A stretch of DNA of 62,783 nt, filler included, from Chiloscyllium plagiosum (Eukaryota): NCBI RefSeq assembly GCF_004010195.1. It is 3 parts of one record of this genome, joined end to end, with 100 filler letters (N's around TTAATTAATTAA, not from the genome) between each part and the next. Parts side by side here need not be neighbours in the genome. Positions count along the whole stretch, not along the records: positions 24,019 to 54,874 come from NC_057717.1; 2 more parts are not named here. The stretch is one strand, 5' to 3'. The notes under the pieces were generated by a model. The model was not told the DNA's origin and searched no databases. It was given only the letters and a program-made list of their open reading frames with translations. Below are positions 24,019 to 36,545 of the stretch, piece after piece (position 1 is the stretch's first letter; each line of letters starts with the position of its first letter). Both the position numbers and the translations under genes were made by a program.

Positions 24019-25031
24019 CTCCCCAAGTCTAAACAGTAAGACATTGCGGGAGCCAAGGCTTTGCTAACTGAAATAATTCCGAGATGGGGAATTCCTGAAT
24101 GGCTTAGCAGCGACAATATGACACCATTTGTCAATATTGCCCTAGAGTAGATCAGTGATTACTTGGGAATAAACGTGAGACAACACTGTGCCTACCACCC
24201 ACCAGCGGTGGCAGTGGAAAGAGAAATGCTACCTTAAAAGATAAATTGACAAACGTTGTGAGGAACTCGGGGTGACATGGACAAAGGCACTTCCAACTGT
24301 GCTAAATTATATGAGATCCAGAAGGAGAGGAAGAGCCAATCTTGGCCAGTTAGAGATTTGTTTGGTAGGCCGCCCAATACGGGAATTGGCCGAAGACCTA
24401 AGGTAAGACCGATAACAGACCACTGTGAGGATGAGATTACATTAGATTACTTGCAGTGTGGAAATAGACCCTTTGGCCCAGCAAGTCCACCTCGACCCTC
24501 CGAAGAGCAACCCACCCAGAACCACTCCCCTACATTTACCCCTACACCTAACACTACGGGCAATTTAGCATGGCTAATTTACCTACTCTGCACATTGTTG
24601 GACTGTGAGAGGAAACGGGAGCACTCGGAGGAAACCCACGCAGACACGGGGAGAATATGTAAACTCCACACTGACAGTTGCCTGAGGCGGAAACTGAATC
24701 CGGGTCTCTGGCGCTGTGAGGCAGCAGTGCCAACAACCGTGCCACCATTCAAGTGCCTGCACTTGCGTCTGAAACACAGAGTCAAGTGAAGGCAGCGCTA
24801 CCCAAATCAGCAGAAGGGAAGATGCACGACCTCGACCCTAGAGACTTCATAGTGGTGAAAGACTGCAGGAGGAAACGCGAGAAGGAGAAGAGGTGGGAGG
24901 GACCGTTTGAAGTGCTCGTTACAACACAGTCAGCGGTTAAGATCGCCCAAAGAGTCACGTTGATACACGCCAGCCATTGCAAACGTGTAGCTGTACTTGA
25001 AGAGACATCGGACAACACCGGAACCAAATAA
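24019..25031 (+). mobile_element. pol: Endogenous retrovirus (class I, gamma/epsilon-like) integrase relic, interrupted by a SINE
   Basis: ALLTEIIPRWGIPEWLSSDN, HCAYHP..AVER, WTKALPTVLNYMR and C-terminal RWEGPFEVLVTTQSAVKIAQRVTLIHASHCKRV (GPY/F module). Confidence 0.92.
24436..24748 (-). mobile_element. HE1-like tRNA-derived V-SINE, full length
   Basis: Head ggtggcacggttgttggcactgctgcctcacagcgccagagacccgg, core ctccccgtgtctgcgtgggtttcctcc, tail taatctaat. Confidence 0.95.
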
Positions 25032-26540
25032 GTGCAAGTAATGATTAGAAGACTCATACAAATATGGGGCTGCCCTGGCAGGACGATTCGTGAAGGCAGG
25101 GGTGTTTGGGATACATCTGCAGACGGTAGTCTTAACCAAGGATGCCATGTTGACCTTTACATGTGACACATGGCCGTTCACTAACCAGTACGACTATAAA
25201 TGGGGCAATAAATATTTACGCAGGGATACTTATGGTCCCAGTGACTGGCACTCAGTAAAAGCCACCACGGCTGCAGGGACACCTGACACAGGATATAGGT
25301 ATTCTATTATCAAGGAAGGAGGTGCCGTGGCACGGGTAATAATAACCAAGACTCAGAAGAGGGTTGAGGAAGCCGGGTAGTGTGGAATAGATAGACCCTT
25401 CTCCGATACATATGGTGAATTTGGTGGTACAGCCCCCTTCCCCCGAGAAATACATGACAGGAACTAGTAGCACCAGGGCACGGCAACCATACAAACCAAA
25501 TAGTGGACCAAAGACCAAGCAGAGCAGAGCATATTAATGTCACGCCAGAACCTGGAGGGAGTTGGTCCGAGTTCGGGAGCGAGTCTAACTCGGTAGTGGA
25601 ATTGGCGCTTCATGAGATAAATGGCGTAAATGCGATGCCAGTAGGTTTGGAGGTGCGAAGGTGTGAAGGGAACACAAGGTTTGCCTTGGCCCTCATACAA
25701 CACCGGAGTTAAGATGTTGGCTACCATTGTCGGATATATTTGCACACAGCCGGACGATGGTCTGCCGAACAAATAACAGAGAGCTTGGCAAGAAACGCTA
25801 GCTGCCTGCTTCCATGCGCAGCGACTACCCTGATCCTGATAGGGGGAGCAATTAGGGCAAATCTCGCGCCACCACCCGAACTTAAGGCTAATTGCAGTCC
25901 CAATGCTGACACCCTTCCAACCACATCCTTCAATAGAGGGGAAGGCAAGGGGGAAACGTGCATTTTCACACATCAGTGGACACTACATTTTGGCATCTCC
26001 CAGTGTTATACGACACTGTTCTTGAACAATGACTCTTGCTCCGCAACCTACGCAAGTGGTACGATTTTACACATTACTTGATCCTTTATCAATAATCAGA
26101 CCATGATGGCGGGTATAATGTGGGACTGTGCAGAGAAAGGAAACCACCACAGTCTTGGATGGAAATGGTGCTGCTACCCCGCGGTACTGTCTACTGGCAC
26201 GACAGTGTTGTCCCAAATGCCGGGAGCAGCCGAAAAAAAGTGACATCCCGCGGAATTGAAATGTGCACACACTCGCAGACCCCTGGACTATACGAGGAGT
26301 GAATATTGGGTGATCTATTCTCTTGTGAGCAGGGGCAACGGTGGCAATAAACTTGATGAATGGTCTCGTATACCGTGCATTACTGCCAGCAAATGAGACG
26401 GAGGAAGGTCTGACGCTCATTAATACTGAGGTAACGGCAGTAAGCGAAACAGTGACACTAAATCGATTAGTACTAGACATACTGATGGCAGAGACAGGGG
26501 GCGATTGTAAAATGTTCGGTACCTCAAGCTGTTCTAATAT
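25032..26540 (+). mobile_element. env: ERV env relic (SU and TM ectodomain)
   Basis: Directly follows the integrase; TM heptad/ISD-like ETVTLNRLVLDILMAETGGDCKMFGTSSCSNI resembles LQNRxxLDxLxAxxGGxC-x6-CC; GIMWDC...WKWCCYP in SU; several stops. Confidence 0.85.
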
Positions 26541-26894
26541 TCTTGTCTGCGCGTTCCATCTTCAGACTGCAGTTACTGAAACGCAATTATCCTGTACCAG
26601 TTTTACTTTACCAAAATACAGGCTGAGACTTCGATTGTGCAGAGATGAGGACAGTCGGATACCAGAAAGTGCAAACTGATCCATGTCACCAGGAAACAAT
26701 TTTGTGTGTGGAGACACACAACGTAATTCTGCAACCTGGACAATAACAGGAAAATGGGAATGGAATCCAGCCCATGTTTGTTTTTACCCCACACAGATTG
26801 TTTTGTCTCTCGTTGCCTCTGTCTTGAATCCACGCTGTGACGTCCAGACTCGAATCAGTCTTATCAGAGACAAATTTCGTGCTGAACCTTTGAA

Positions 26895-27520
26895 GCAGGA
26901 GGGGAAAGGCTAAGTTGAGCAGAGTTGAGACTATGAATTGAAGAAGGTAGGAATGAGGGGATCAGAGAAAAAAAGGGGGCCTGCGGGGTGATGGCAATAG
27001 ATCGGAGCGGAGTGTGGAGCTGATTGATGTGAAGGAAGATGGACACATAGTTCAATCAAGAGGGCGGTGCCGGGTTGGAGGGTTTAATCTGCGATGAGAG
27101 AATATGGAGGGGAAATGAGGAAACTGATGAAGTTAACGTTGATGCCGAGTGTTCGGAGAGCCCCATAGAGGAAGATGAGGTGTTCTTCCTCCACTCGTCG
27201 AGTAGCTTGTATTTGATGGTGGGCGATGCCCAGTACTTGCATGCACTTGGAGTGGGAAGGGGAGATGAAGTAGTCAGCACATGCACGGTGGAATTGTTTG
27301 GTGCTTGTTTCCCAGAGATGTCCTCCGCCACGCTCTGCGTTTTCCCATCCTGTCTCCCCAGTGTCAAGGAGACCGCGTCGAGAACAACAGACACGGTTAA
27401 TGAGGTGGTTGCATGTGCATGAAAATCTCCACTGGATATATAAAGATTCTTTGGGGCGTTGGAGAGAGGTGAGGTAGTTGTTGAAGGTGAATGTCTTTCA
27501 ACTCTTGCGGTGGCGAGGGG
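26895..27520 (-). mobile_element. Penelope-like element fragment (GIY-YIG and 3' region)
   Basis: Reverse complement resembles 20930-21400 (catcaacgttaacttcatcagtttcctcatttcccct). Confidence 0.75.
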
Positions 27521-27972
27521 AGACCTGGTTTAAGCCTTCTATTCTCCAAGGAGAACTGACCTAATTTTCCAATGTAACTTTCCAGCTGACTTTGTACATA
27601 CGCTGCACCATTCACATTACCCTATTCAGCGCTGTATCAAATAACAAGGCAGTGATCATCGCAAACTGCACTTGGGCTGAAAGCAAAACAAGAAATTGAT
27701 ATTCAAACTCACCAGGTCTGACAACTGCAGAATCAGAAGCCTTCAGCTCATAAGAACAATCACTGGATCCAAAAGGTTCACTCCTCACAAATGCTGCCGG
27801 ACCAGTTGAGTTTCCCAACAATTTCTGTGCTGTCTCCCAGGTCTGCAACATCTCCAGTGCTTTGTCTAACAGACAACAAACGTTGACCCATTGAAGGGGA
27901 TATTTGATCAGATGACAATTCACTTCATCCATAGAAAAAAATGGGATGGAGCATAGGATCATAACGTTCTTG

Positions 27973-28302
27973 TTGTGGTTCTGTTCGCCGAGCTGGAAAT
28001 TTTGTTGCAAACGTTTCGTCCCCTGTCTAGGTGACATCCGCAGCGCTTGGGAGCCTCCTGTGAAGCGCTTCTGTGGTGTTTCCTCCGGCATTTATAGTGG
28101 CCTGTCTCTGCCGCTTCCGGTTGTCAGTTTCAGCTGTCCGCTGTAGTGGCCGGTATATTGGGTCCAGGTCGATGTGTTTGTTGATGGATGTCACTGAGGA
28201 TGTCACCTAGACAGGGGATGAAACGTTTGCAACAAAAATTTCCAGCTCGGCGAACAGAACCACAACAACGAGCACCCGAGCTACAAATCTCTCCCAAACG
28301 TT
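27973..28302 (+). mobile_element. Short Penelope-derived insertion with inverted terminal arms, hammerhead core and 16-bp TSD
   Basis: About 76-bp inverted arms (27970-28045 and 28193-28269); flanked by gatcataacgttcttg (27957-27972) and gatcataacattcttg (28303-28318). Confidence 0.88.
28191..28230 (+). ncRNA. Minimal type I hammerhead ribozyme motif (Penelope-associated)
   Basis: CTGAGGA (28194-28200), stem II tgtcacc-tagaca-ggggat, GAAAC, self-complementary AAACGTTT; matches the CUGANGA/GAAA core known from PLE terminal repeats. Confidence 0.7.
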
Positions 28303-28319
28303 GATCATAACATTCTTGC

Positions 28320-28560
28320 AGTGCAGAAACAGGCCACTTGGCACATCATGCATCCCACCAATACGACCCTCTACGCTATTCCTATAACCCCGCATTTCTC
28401 TTGGCTAACCAACGTAATCTACACGCATGGACACTTATGACTATTGAGCATTGCAAATCCACCCTCACCTGCGCATCTTTGTACTGTGTGAGGAAACTGG
28501 AGCACCCGGAGGAAACTCACGCAGACACGGGTAGAATGTGCAACCTGCACACAGACAGTA
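28320..28560 (-). mobile_element. HE1-like SINE, 5'-truncated
   Basis: gaggaaactggagcacccggaggaaactcacgcagacacggg is the reverse complement of the SINE core. Confidence 0.85.
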
Positions 28561-28839
28561 TTCAATCCGACAGGAATCTGGATAATTGGATAGTTTTCAA
28601 GTGGGAGTGCAGACTGGCGTGTGACTGATGGGCCGAAATCCTGATGTCAGTGTTGTAAAGGCTCTATGTAACATGATTCCCTACATCCTGCATTCAACAC
28701 AGTTTGCATTTTGTTTTAATCCCTTCTGTTGTTGTCATTATTCTGAGTGAAATGTATAGAGAGAGGTTGTTTGTGCATTCACTCAGATTTGTGTTTTGAT
28801 GGATCAGGAGCATCATACAAAATAACAACTGGCGGAGGG

Positions 28840-29292
28840 AGAATTAATTCCCCCTGCGAATCTGCCAAGGACATGCAGGACCAGGAACTTCTCTATCACC
28901 ACTCATTCACCACCCAACACCTTGAGGAATATCGCCTGATCTTCTGCCACTGGAACCTCCAACCCCAACGAATCAATGTGGCTTTACCATTTGACTGATT
29001 TCCCCCTCCGACCACCTTATCCCTGTTCCCGTCAATCCGCTCCACCATTCACTCCGACCAATCACTTTACCCTCACCTCCATCCATCTATTGCCCTCTCA
29101 GCTACCTTGTCCGTAGCCCCATCCCCTACCATTTATCTGTCCACGCTGGACGCTCCCAGCCTCATTCCTGATGACTGTCTTTTGCCCGAAATTATTGATT
29201 CTCCTGTTCCTCGGATGTTACCTGATCTGCTTTGCTTTTTCTGTATTACTCTAATCTTGACTCTGATCTCCAGCATCTGCAGTCCTCACTTT
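28840..29292 (+). mobile_element. Penelope-like element 3' end
   Basis: SAKDMQ...LEEYRLIF..LQPQRINV; terminal cctgatga...cccgaaa...ctccagcatctgcagtcctcactttc. Confidence 0.85.
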
Positions 29293-30239
29293 CACCCATC
29301 ATGACTGATTTCCTGCCCCTTACAGATCGAATTGCGTCTGGTGTTTTCATCATGAGCTTCATTATGTTTAAGATATTTTATTTTTAAAATCATCGCAATA
29401 TATTGATGCACTTCTGAGCATGTTATGAATTTGGACAGAACAATGCCTCCTTTCTCTGTGAACAAACAAAATATCAAGAAGTCGGATTGAAGAATGTTTC
29501 GTCTCACAGAAACAGGAATAGGGAGATGTAATTCTCGTTGAAATAAATACAGGCCATTCAGAGGAATCTGATAAGGTCATGCAACATCTGCCGAGAGAAG
29601 GGAATGGTTGGCTCATGTGTTATGTGAGTTGGGGAATTCAGCAGAGCGTTCGGAAGTTAGAAAAGTAATAATTACTGGACAATTGGAATGGGGGTAACGC
29701 TGAAGAAAGAATGAGGGGTCTATACAGCCTGTTTAAAATGTTCAGTCTGTTCGAGTAATCAATCCACTCAAAGCTAGATTTAGATTTCATATCCAGTTTC
29801 CTGTACAATCAACATATAGCGTGACTCCCTTCGACACCAGCAATCTGTGACTTCCAATCTGAAATGCACTCAGTGAGGGAGCATCAGCAATATTCAGGGA
29901 CTGAGAATATTAAAGATCAGAAGCTTTACAGTTAATCGTGCTCTCCTCATCTCATTCCCAAATAACGTGTCCCTTACCCTGAGAGTGTGGCAATAACAAC
30001 TAAAAGATCTGCAAATGGTGTAACTTTAACACTGACTTCTCTTCACAGGTGCTGCCAGACCTGCAGAGCTTTTCTGCAACTCCTGAGACTGTGTTATCGT
30101 GTTTCAGATACCCAAATCCACAGGATCAATTTCTCACCAACTCTCCTTTGAAGCTTGTTCAGAATTTGGTACATTCAAATGATATCGTATTTCAATTTTC
30201 TGGAATATGGACACAACTTATTCAAAAGCTCAGCACTGG

Positions 30240-30800
30240 AGCAAGTGGGTTCCAAATAGTGAACTTTTTTGGTGATTCATTAACAGGTTTGGCTCATTGC
30301 CTCTGGGTTACCGCGTATTACTCAGATATAATTTTTCTGGCGAAGTTGACGATGAGTTATCCACTTGAACTGCTGCCATTCATTTTAACCAGAGAAACCC
30401 ATAATGATGTAAGGGAGGGAGTTCCAGGATTTCCAACCAATAGCACTTGTGGAACTGAGACGTTTCTCCGAACCAGAGTGGCGAGTGGCTTGATGTGGAA
30501 TTGTCAACTGGTGTCCCTTGTGTCAGCTGTGCTCACTGTTCCACGCGATAATGCCGTGGTTCTGTGAGGGACTTTGGGCAATTTCTACAGTGCATCATGT
30601 CTGTGATACACTCCACTGCTACTGAGTGTGGGTGGTGGAGACAGAGAATATTTGTGACTGTGGTGCTGAGCAAGCTGCACTGCAAGTCAATTCTACTTAA
30701 TAATGGAGAATATAAATACTTTCCGTTCTCATCAATGCATTTCGCAGCTGGATATCCAGTGATTACACGGATGTGGTGCACAAGTCTGTCAGTTGCTCAA
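30240..30800 (-). mobile_element. Old non-LTR retrotransposon 3' fragment (same family as about 46850-47370)
   Basis: Minus ORF TNILCLHHPHSVAVECITDMMHCRNCPKSL resembles LINE ORF2 C-termini; shares sequence with 46850-47370. Confidence 0.55.
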
Positions 30801-31379
30801 ATGACTATGAACTTTTAACTAGATTCACCTTTTCACGGATATTATGCTGAGAGATCTCACGCGACTGTTCCACTTTCTCATCAACACTTCATCTGCAAAA
30901 ACTGGGAACGAGCTGATGGACACAGATTGTGCTACAGATGGTTAGACACAGTGTCAGTTACTGCACATTGATTTTGTTTGGATTTATGCATGTGTTTCTC
31001 TGAATGTGTGTGTGCATTATCGTGTGTTCCTGTCTCTGTGATTCTGTGAGTGTCTACACATTTATCTCTGTCTGTCTATCTGTGCCTATGTGAGTGTGTT
31101 TGTGTATCATTGTGTGTATTAGTGTGTGTCTCCATGTTTATGTATCTCTGTGCTTGTACTCTGTGCAACTGGCCCTCTGTTGTCTTCAGGATTCTAACAA
31201 TTGAAATGGGGTTTAAACCCCAATCTGTCTGTACCTCTGTGTGTGTGTGTTTTGTCCCTGTCTCTCTATGTGTGTGACAGACGGAAATCGGTACAAATAC
31301 TCAGACACAATCACATATACAGAGAGATGTGCAGAGACTCCGACAGACAGAAGCACACATATCGACTTAGAGAGAAACA

Positions 31380-31990
31380 GATGTTGATGGAGATAGCAAA
31401 AGTGATACCAGTAGAATTTCCTAAAACTAAATGAGAAATTAATAGATTTTTGGATTGTTTGACTTTACAGGAAATTTGACCATAATTTTAGCTGGACAGC
31501 TGTACCTTTAACAGGTTTTTGAACGAAATAAGAGAAAGGTGGTTTCGTTTGCAGCGTGCGAGGTTAATGTTGAAAGGATGAAAGCAATTTGAATCGGTGA
31601 ACCTATTTAGACCATCCCTGCGTTTTCCAGTCTTTTCAAAATGGCCGCTGATGCTTCTGAATTGGGTCGAAGTGCTTTCTTATTCCAGGATAATGAATTA
31701 GGAATTGAGAACCTGGAGGGTATTTCTGTTAGAATCAATACCGATCATTTCAAAAGTCCTCTTCCAGATGAAAGGGGTCTTTGGGATTGCTGTTGGATCT
31801 TCAGCACTTCGAAGACCACCCAACAAATAACAATGAAATACAAAATTACATAGATTGTAATCCACTGGCCTTTTTAAAAAGTTTCAAATTAACAATGCAA
31901 GATATTTTGATGGTGTCCTTTGTTGTAACCACTTAATTATACACATCAGTAGAAAACCTATTGTGAATTCAGATGTAATATCCTAAAATA
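31380..31990 (+). mobile_element. Gypsy/Ty3 LTR retrotransposon RT connection and RNase H fragment
   Basis: RF(L)G..FYRKFDHNFSWTAVPLT, FKMAADASELGRSAFLFQDNELGIE and LGLLLDLQHFE. Confidence 0.8.
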
Positions 31991-32234
31991 GAACTGGTGA
32001 AATACGCAAAAGCTTTAAGAAATGCAAAGGTTGCATAACATTGCAAGAAGGGAAAAAATAAATAGACTGCACTTTTTTAAAAAAAATGTGCATCGTGTAA
32101 TTTGCAAGAAAATGCGTTTTTGAAATGGCATTTTAGTTTTCTCATGGCGAAGACATATATATATATATATATATATTCCAAAGACATGACAACAAAGAAA
32201 TGGAAGGGAATGGAAAGCAGATGAATGGGAGGGT

Positions 32235-33385
32235 TATGACTTGGAACCAGTGATCAAACTTGGTTAAATGAAGATTACAGGAGTTTAATTCATAAAGTCA
32301 GGAAGTATGGGTTACAGCGAGATTTGGCGATCTGGATTCAGAATTGGCCGGCTGACAGTAGGCAGACAGTGGTCGTAGATGGAAAGTATTTGCCTGGAAG
32401 TCAGTGTTGGTGGGATCCCGAAAGACTCTGTTCTTGGGCCTCTGCTCTTTGTAGTGCTTATAAATGACTTGGATGAGGCGGTTGAAGCGTGGGTTAGTAA
32501 ATTTGCAGATGACAGTAAGGTTGCAGATGTTGTCAACAGTGTAGACGGCGAGTGCAGGCTGCAGCGCGACATAGGTAGCATGCAGAGCTGGGCTAGGAAA
32601 TGGCAGATGGAGTTCGACCTGGATAAACTTGAAGTGATGCAATTTGGAAGGTGGAACACGTATGCTAAATATAGGATTAAAGACAGGATCGTTGGCAGTG
32701 TGGAGGAACAGAGGGATCTGGGTGTGCAAGTACATAGATCCCTCAATGTTGCCAAGGCATATGCTGTCTTGGCTTTCATTAATGGGGGATCTAGTTTAAG
32801 AGCCGCGAGTGTTTGCTGCAGCTCTACAAGTCCCTGGTGAAAACACTCTTGCAATATTGCGACCAGTTCTGGTCGCCCTATTCTAGGAAAGATGCAGAAG
32901 CTTTGGAGAAAACGCAAAGAAGGTTTACCAGGATTCTGCCTGGACTGTAGGTCTTGCCTTATGAGGAAAGTTTGAATAAGCTCGGACTATTCCCTCTGGA
33001 TAGAATGAGGAAGAGAGGAGACCTGATCGAGGTATAGAAAATAATGTGAGGAATAGATAGAATCAACAGCCAGAGACTTTTCCCCAGGGCAGGATTCACT
33101 GGTATGAGTAGCCATAGTTTGAAGATATTAGGAGGAAGGTATGAAGGAGACGTCAGAGGTAGTTTTTTTTTTACGCAAAGAGTTGTGATGCATGGAATCG
33201 TTTGCCAGCTGTGGTCATGGAAGCAGGGTCATTGGGGACATTTGAGCGACTGCTGGACATGCACATGGATAGCAGTGAGTTGAGGGTTGCGTACGTTAGG
33301 TTACTATATTTGACACGAGGATTAACTCTAGGTGGCCAAAGGGCCTGTTCTGTGCTGTTCTTTTCTATGTTATATGTTCTATGAG
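32235..33385 (+). mobile_element. CR1 LINE RT and 3' end
   Basis: GIPKDSVLGPLLFVVLINDLD and KFADDSK; tail ttctatgttatatgttctatg. Confidence 0.95.
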
Positions 33386-33829
33386 TGCATAAACTGGGTA
33401 TATCTAAAAGTAAGATGTCAACCTGTGAAGCTTCGACACAGAAATAGTTGCATGCCAGAAACCATAAGAAGCAAAGGAAAGACATGTCTAATTGACTGCA
33501 GCATTCACGGATCAGACAGACACTTTGCAGCCTCCCACATCCCATCGCGAATGATGCGGGATAATATAATAAATCGTTTCTTTCACATGAACATTAAGGC
33601 AGAGGGAGACTAAACATATCCTTTCGAAAATATGACAGGCATGGAAGTAATGGAAAGTGGAATTCTTTTACACAGACCACAGGAGACAGAGGTTGAAAGT
33701 GTTATCGAGCAGACAAGACCCAAACGTATGGTATACAGATTGATTCTGCTTGTTTTATGATAATCGTACATTCTGAGAAACAGTGAAAAATATTGTGTTG
33801 CATTCTCTTCAGTCCAAATCATAGCTTAC

Positions 33830-36110
33830 ATAAGGACATCAGTTTAAAATAGTTTCACAGCTTTTGAGCAGGTGCAGAGAAGGATCAACACTAATATATG
33901 ATAGGCCCACTCATAAGTTTAATAACAGCAAGGAAGAAATTGTTCCTGAATCCATTGGTGCGTATTTTCCAACATTTGCATCTTCTGTCCAATGGAAGAG
34001 GTTGGAAAAGAACATTGCGATGGTGGGAGGGGCCTTCACTACCTGCAGGTACAGCAGGTAGTGAAGAAGCCTAATAGCATGCCGGCCTTCATAACAAGAG
34101 GGATTGAGAATAGAAGCAAATAGGTTCTTCTGCAGCTGTACAGGCCGTGGTGAGTACTGGAGTACTGTGTGCAGTTCAGGTCTCCAGATTTGAGGAAAGA
34201 CATTCTGGCTATTGAGGGAGTGTAGCATAGTTTCACGAGATCAATTCCTGTAATGGCGGGACTACCTTACGCTGAAAGACTGGAGCAACTGGGCTTGTAT
34301 ACCCTTGAGTTCAGAAGACTGAGAGGGGATCTGATTGAAACATATAAGACTATTAAAGGATTGGACACTCTGGATGCAGGAAACATTTTTCCGCTGATGG
34401 GTGATTGCCAATACAGAGGACACAGCTTAAAAATACAGGGTAGACCATTTAGGACAGAAATGAGGAGAAACTTCATCACCCAGAGAGTGGTGGCTGTATG
34501 AAATGTTCAGCCCCAGAGATAAGTGGAGACCCAATCTCTGGATTCATTTAAGAAAGTGTTGGATAGCGCTCTCAGGGATTGTGGAATCAAGGGTTATGGA
34601 GATAAGGCAGGAACAGGATACTGATTAAGGATGTTCAGCCATGATCATTTGAGGAAAGACATTCTGGCTATTGAGGGAGTGCAGCATAGTTTCACGAGAT
34701 CAATTCCTGGAATGGCGGGACTACCTTACGCTGAAAGACTGGAGCAACTGGGCTTGTATACCCTTGAGTTCAGAAGACTGAGAGGGGACCTGATTGAAAC
34801 ATATAAGACTATTAAAGGATTGGACACTCTGGATGCAAGAAACATTTTTCCGCTGATGGGTGATTGCCAAAACAGAGGACACAGCTTAAAAATACGGAGT
34901 AGACCATTTAGGACAGAGATGAGGAGAAACTTCATCACCCAGAGAGTGGTGGCTGTGTGAAATGCTCAGCCCCAGAGGTAAGTGGAGACCCAGTCTCTGG
35001 ATTCGTTTAAGAAAGTGTTGGATAGCGCTCTCAGGGATTGTGGAATCAAGGGTTATGGAGATATGGCAGGAACAGGATACTGATTAAGGATGTTCAGCCA
35101 TGTCATATTGAATGGTGGTGCAGACCTGAAGGGCAGAATGGCCGACTCCTGCACCTATTGTCTATTGTCTATTGATTGTTTTGGCTGCATTCCTGAAGCA
35201 GTGGAAATTCACGACTGAGTCAATGGCAGGAAATGTGATTTGCGTGATGGATTAGGTTAGGTACACGCATCTCTGTAATTTCTTGCAGTACGCAGAGCAG
35301 TTACCATACGAAGTGTCTGGATAGAATGTTTTCTGCAGTGCAATGTAAAAATTGGTCAGGGTTATTGCTAAAATGCTAAATTTTCTTCTTGCATTGATGT
35401 GCTTTCTTGGCTGTAGAGTTGACATGAATAGAATGATTGTAATATTTATTCCTCGGAACCTGGAGCTGTCCATTTCCTCCAACTCAGCACCAACGACAGA
35501 GACCAGTGCCTGTCCTTCGGTCGAATTCCTGAAGTCAATGGTCAGTTCCCTTGTTTTGCTGACATTGAGGGAAATATTGTTGTCTTTACACCATGTCACT
35601 AAGCTCTATTTCCTGTATACTGTCTCACTGTAGTTTGAGACTTACCCACTAAGGTGGTGTCATTAGTGAATCTGCAAATGGAGTTGGAGCTGAATTTGGT
35701 GGTACAGTCATGGGACGGTAAAAAGTATTGAAGTGGGCTGAGTACACAGCCTTGAATGGCACCAGTATTGCGGATAATTGTAAAGTAGGAGTTACCAACT
35801 ATCCTCATTCATTGCGATCTGCAGGTCAGAAGGTTAATGATCCACTTTTCGATGTGAGGAAAGAGTCCCAGGACTCAGACTCTGTCGATGAGTCTTGTTG
35901 GCATGATGGTATTCAAGGCAGAGCTAAAGCCAATATACAGAAGTCTGATGTCGGTGTCCTTGTTATCCAGATGTTACCGGGATGAGTGAAGTGCCAGAGA
36001 AATGGCGTCTGCATGGATCTATTACTGTGGGCGAGTTATCGAGGACCTGAGCAATCTGGGCGTTAATGTATGCCATTCCTCACCTCTCAAAACACTTCAT
36101 AGATGCGATC
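33830..36110 (-). mobile_element. Rex1/Babar LINE fragment, interrupted by a CR1 at about 34040-35175
   Basis: NTGAIQGCVLSPLQYFLPSHDC...RFTNDTTLVG and WCKDNNISLNVSKTRELTIDFR; 3' part appears to resume at about 33830-34040. Confidence 0.8.
34040..35175 (+). mobile_element. CR1 3' end carrying a 459-bp tandem duplication
   Basis: atttgaggaaagacattctgg starts at both 34188 and 34647; duplicate ORFs GLPYAERLEQLGLYTLEFRRLRGDLIETYK; (CTATTGT)n tail. Confidence 0.95.
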
Positions 36111-36214
36111 GGCCATGATTGCATTAAATATCAGAGCAGGTCCGAGGAACCGAATTCCAGACTCATGCTGCTATTTCTTGTGCTCATTTGTTCTTTATAG
36201 CTCAGAGGGAAACA

Positions 36215-36545
36215 TGTTCACGAATGGCCCTGGCAGACAATGAAGATCCACATACACAAACCCCATTTCTCGGCTATAAGCCCATTGTCCTAAAGGTTTC
36301 AGCAATGCATGGGATTATTGAAATACCACACAGTAATATGCATGCTTATGATTCAAATATTCATCCTCGCAATGAGAAAGTGTGAGACTTTATGTTCTTC
36401 TGTGTGTGTGGTAGCCGATTGTACAATGAACTTCAGCAGGAACCGCATAGAGGAGGGTGTCAGAGTAAGGATCACAAGGAGTCCAAGAGCAGTAAGTGTT
36501 GTTTGGAAGAGGGCCACCTGCACAAGAACTGCCCAAGACAAGGGA
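36215..36545 (+). mobile_element. Probable Tx1/L1-clade ORF1 relic with tandem CCHC zinc knuckles
   Basis: VVADCTMNFSRNRIEEG, then after a frameshift SKDHKESKSSKCCLEEGHLHKNCPRQG. Confidence 0.5.

Noticed and set aside
26640..26785. Sushi/CCP-like exon (PGNNFVCGD...TGKWEWNPAHVC)
   Set aside because: Only loose motif resemblance; cysteines missing, a stop upstream, and no clear splice sites.
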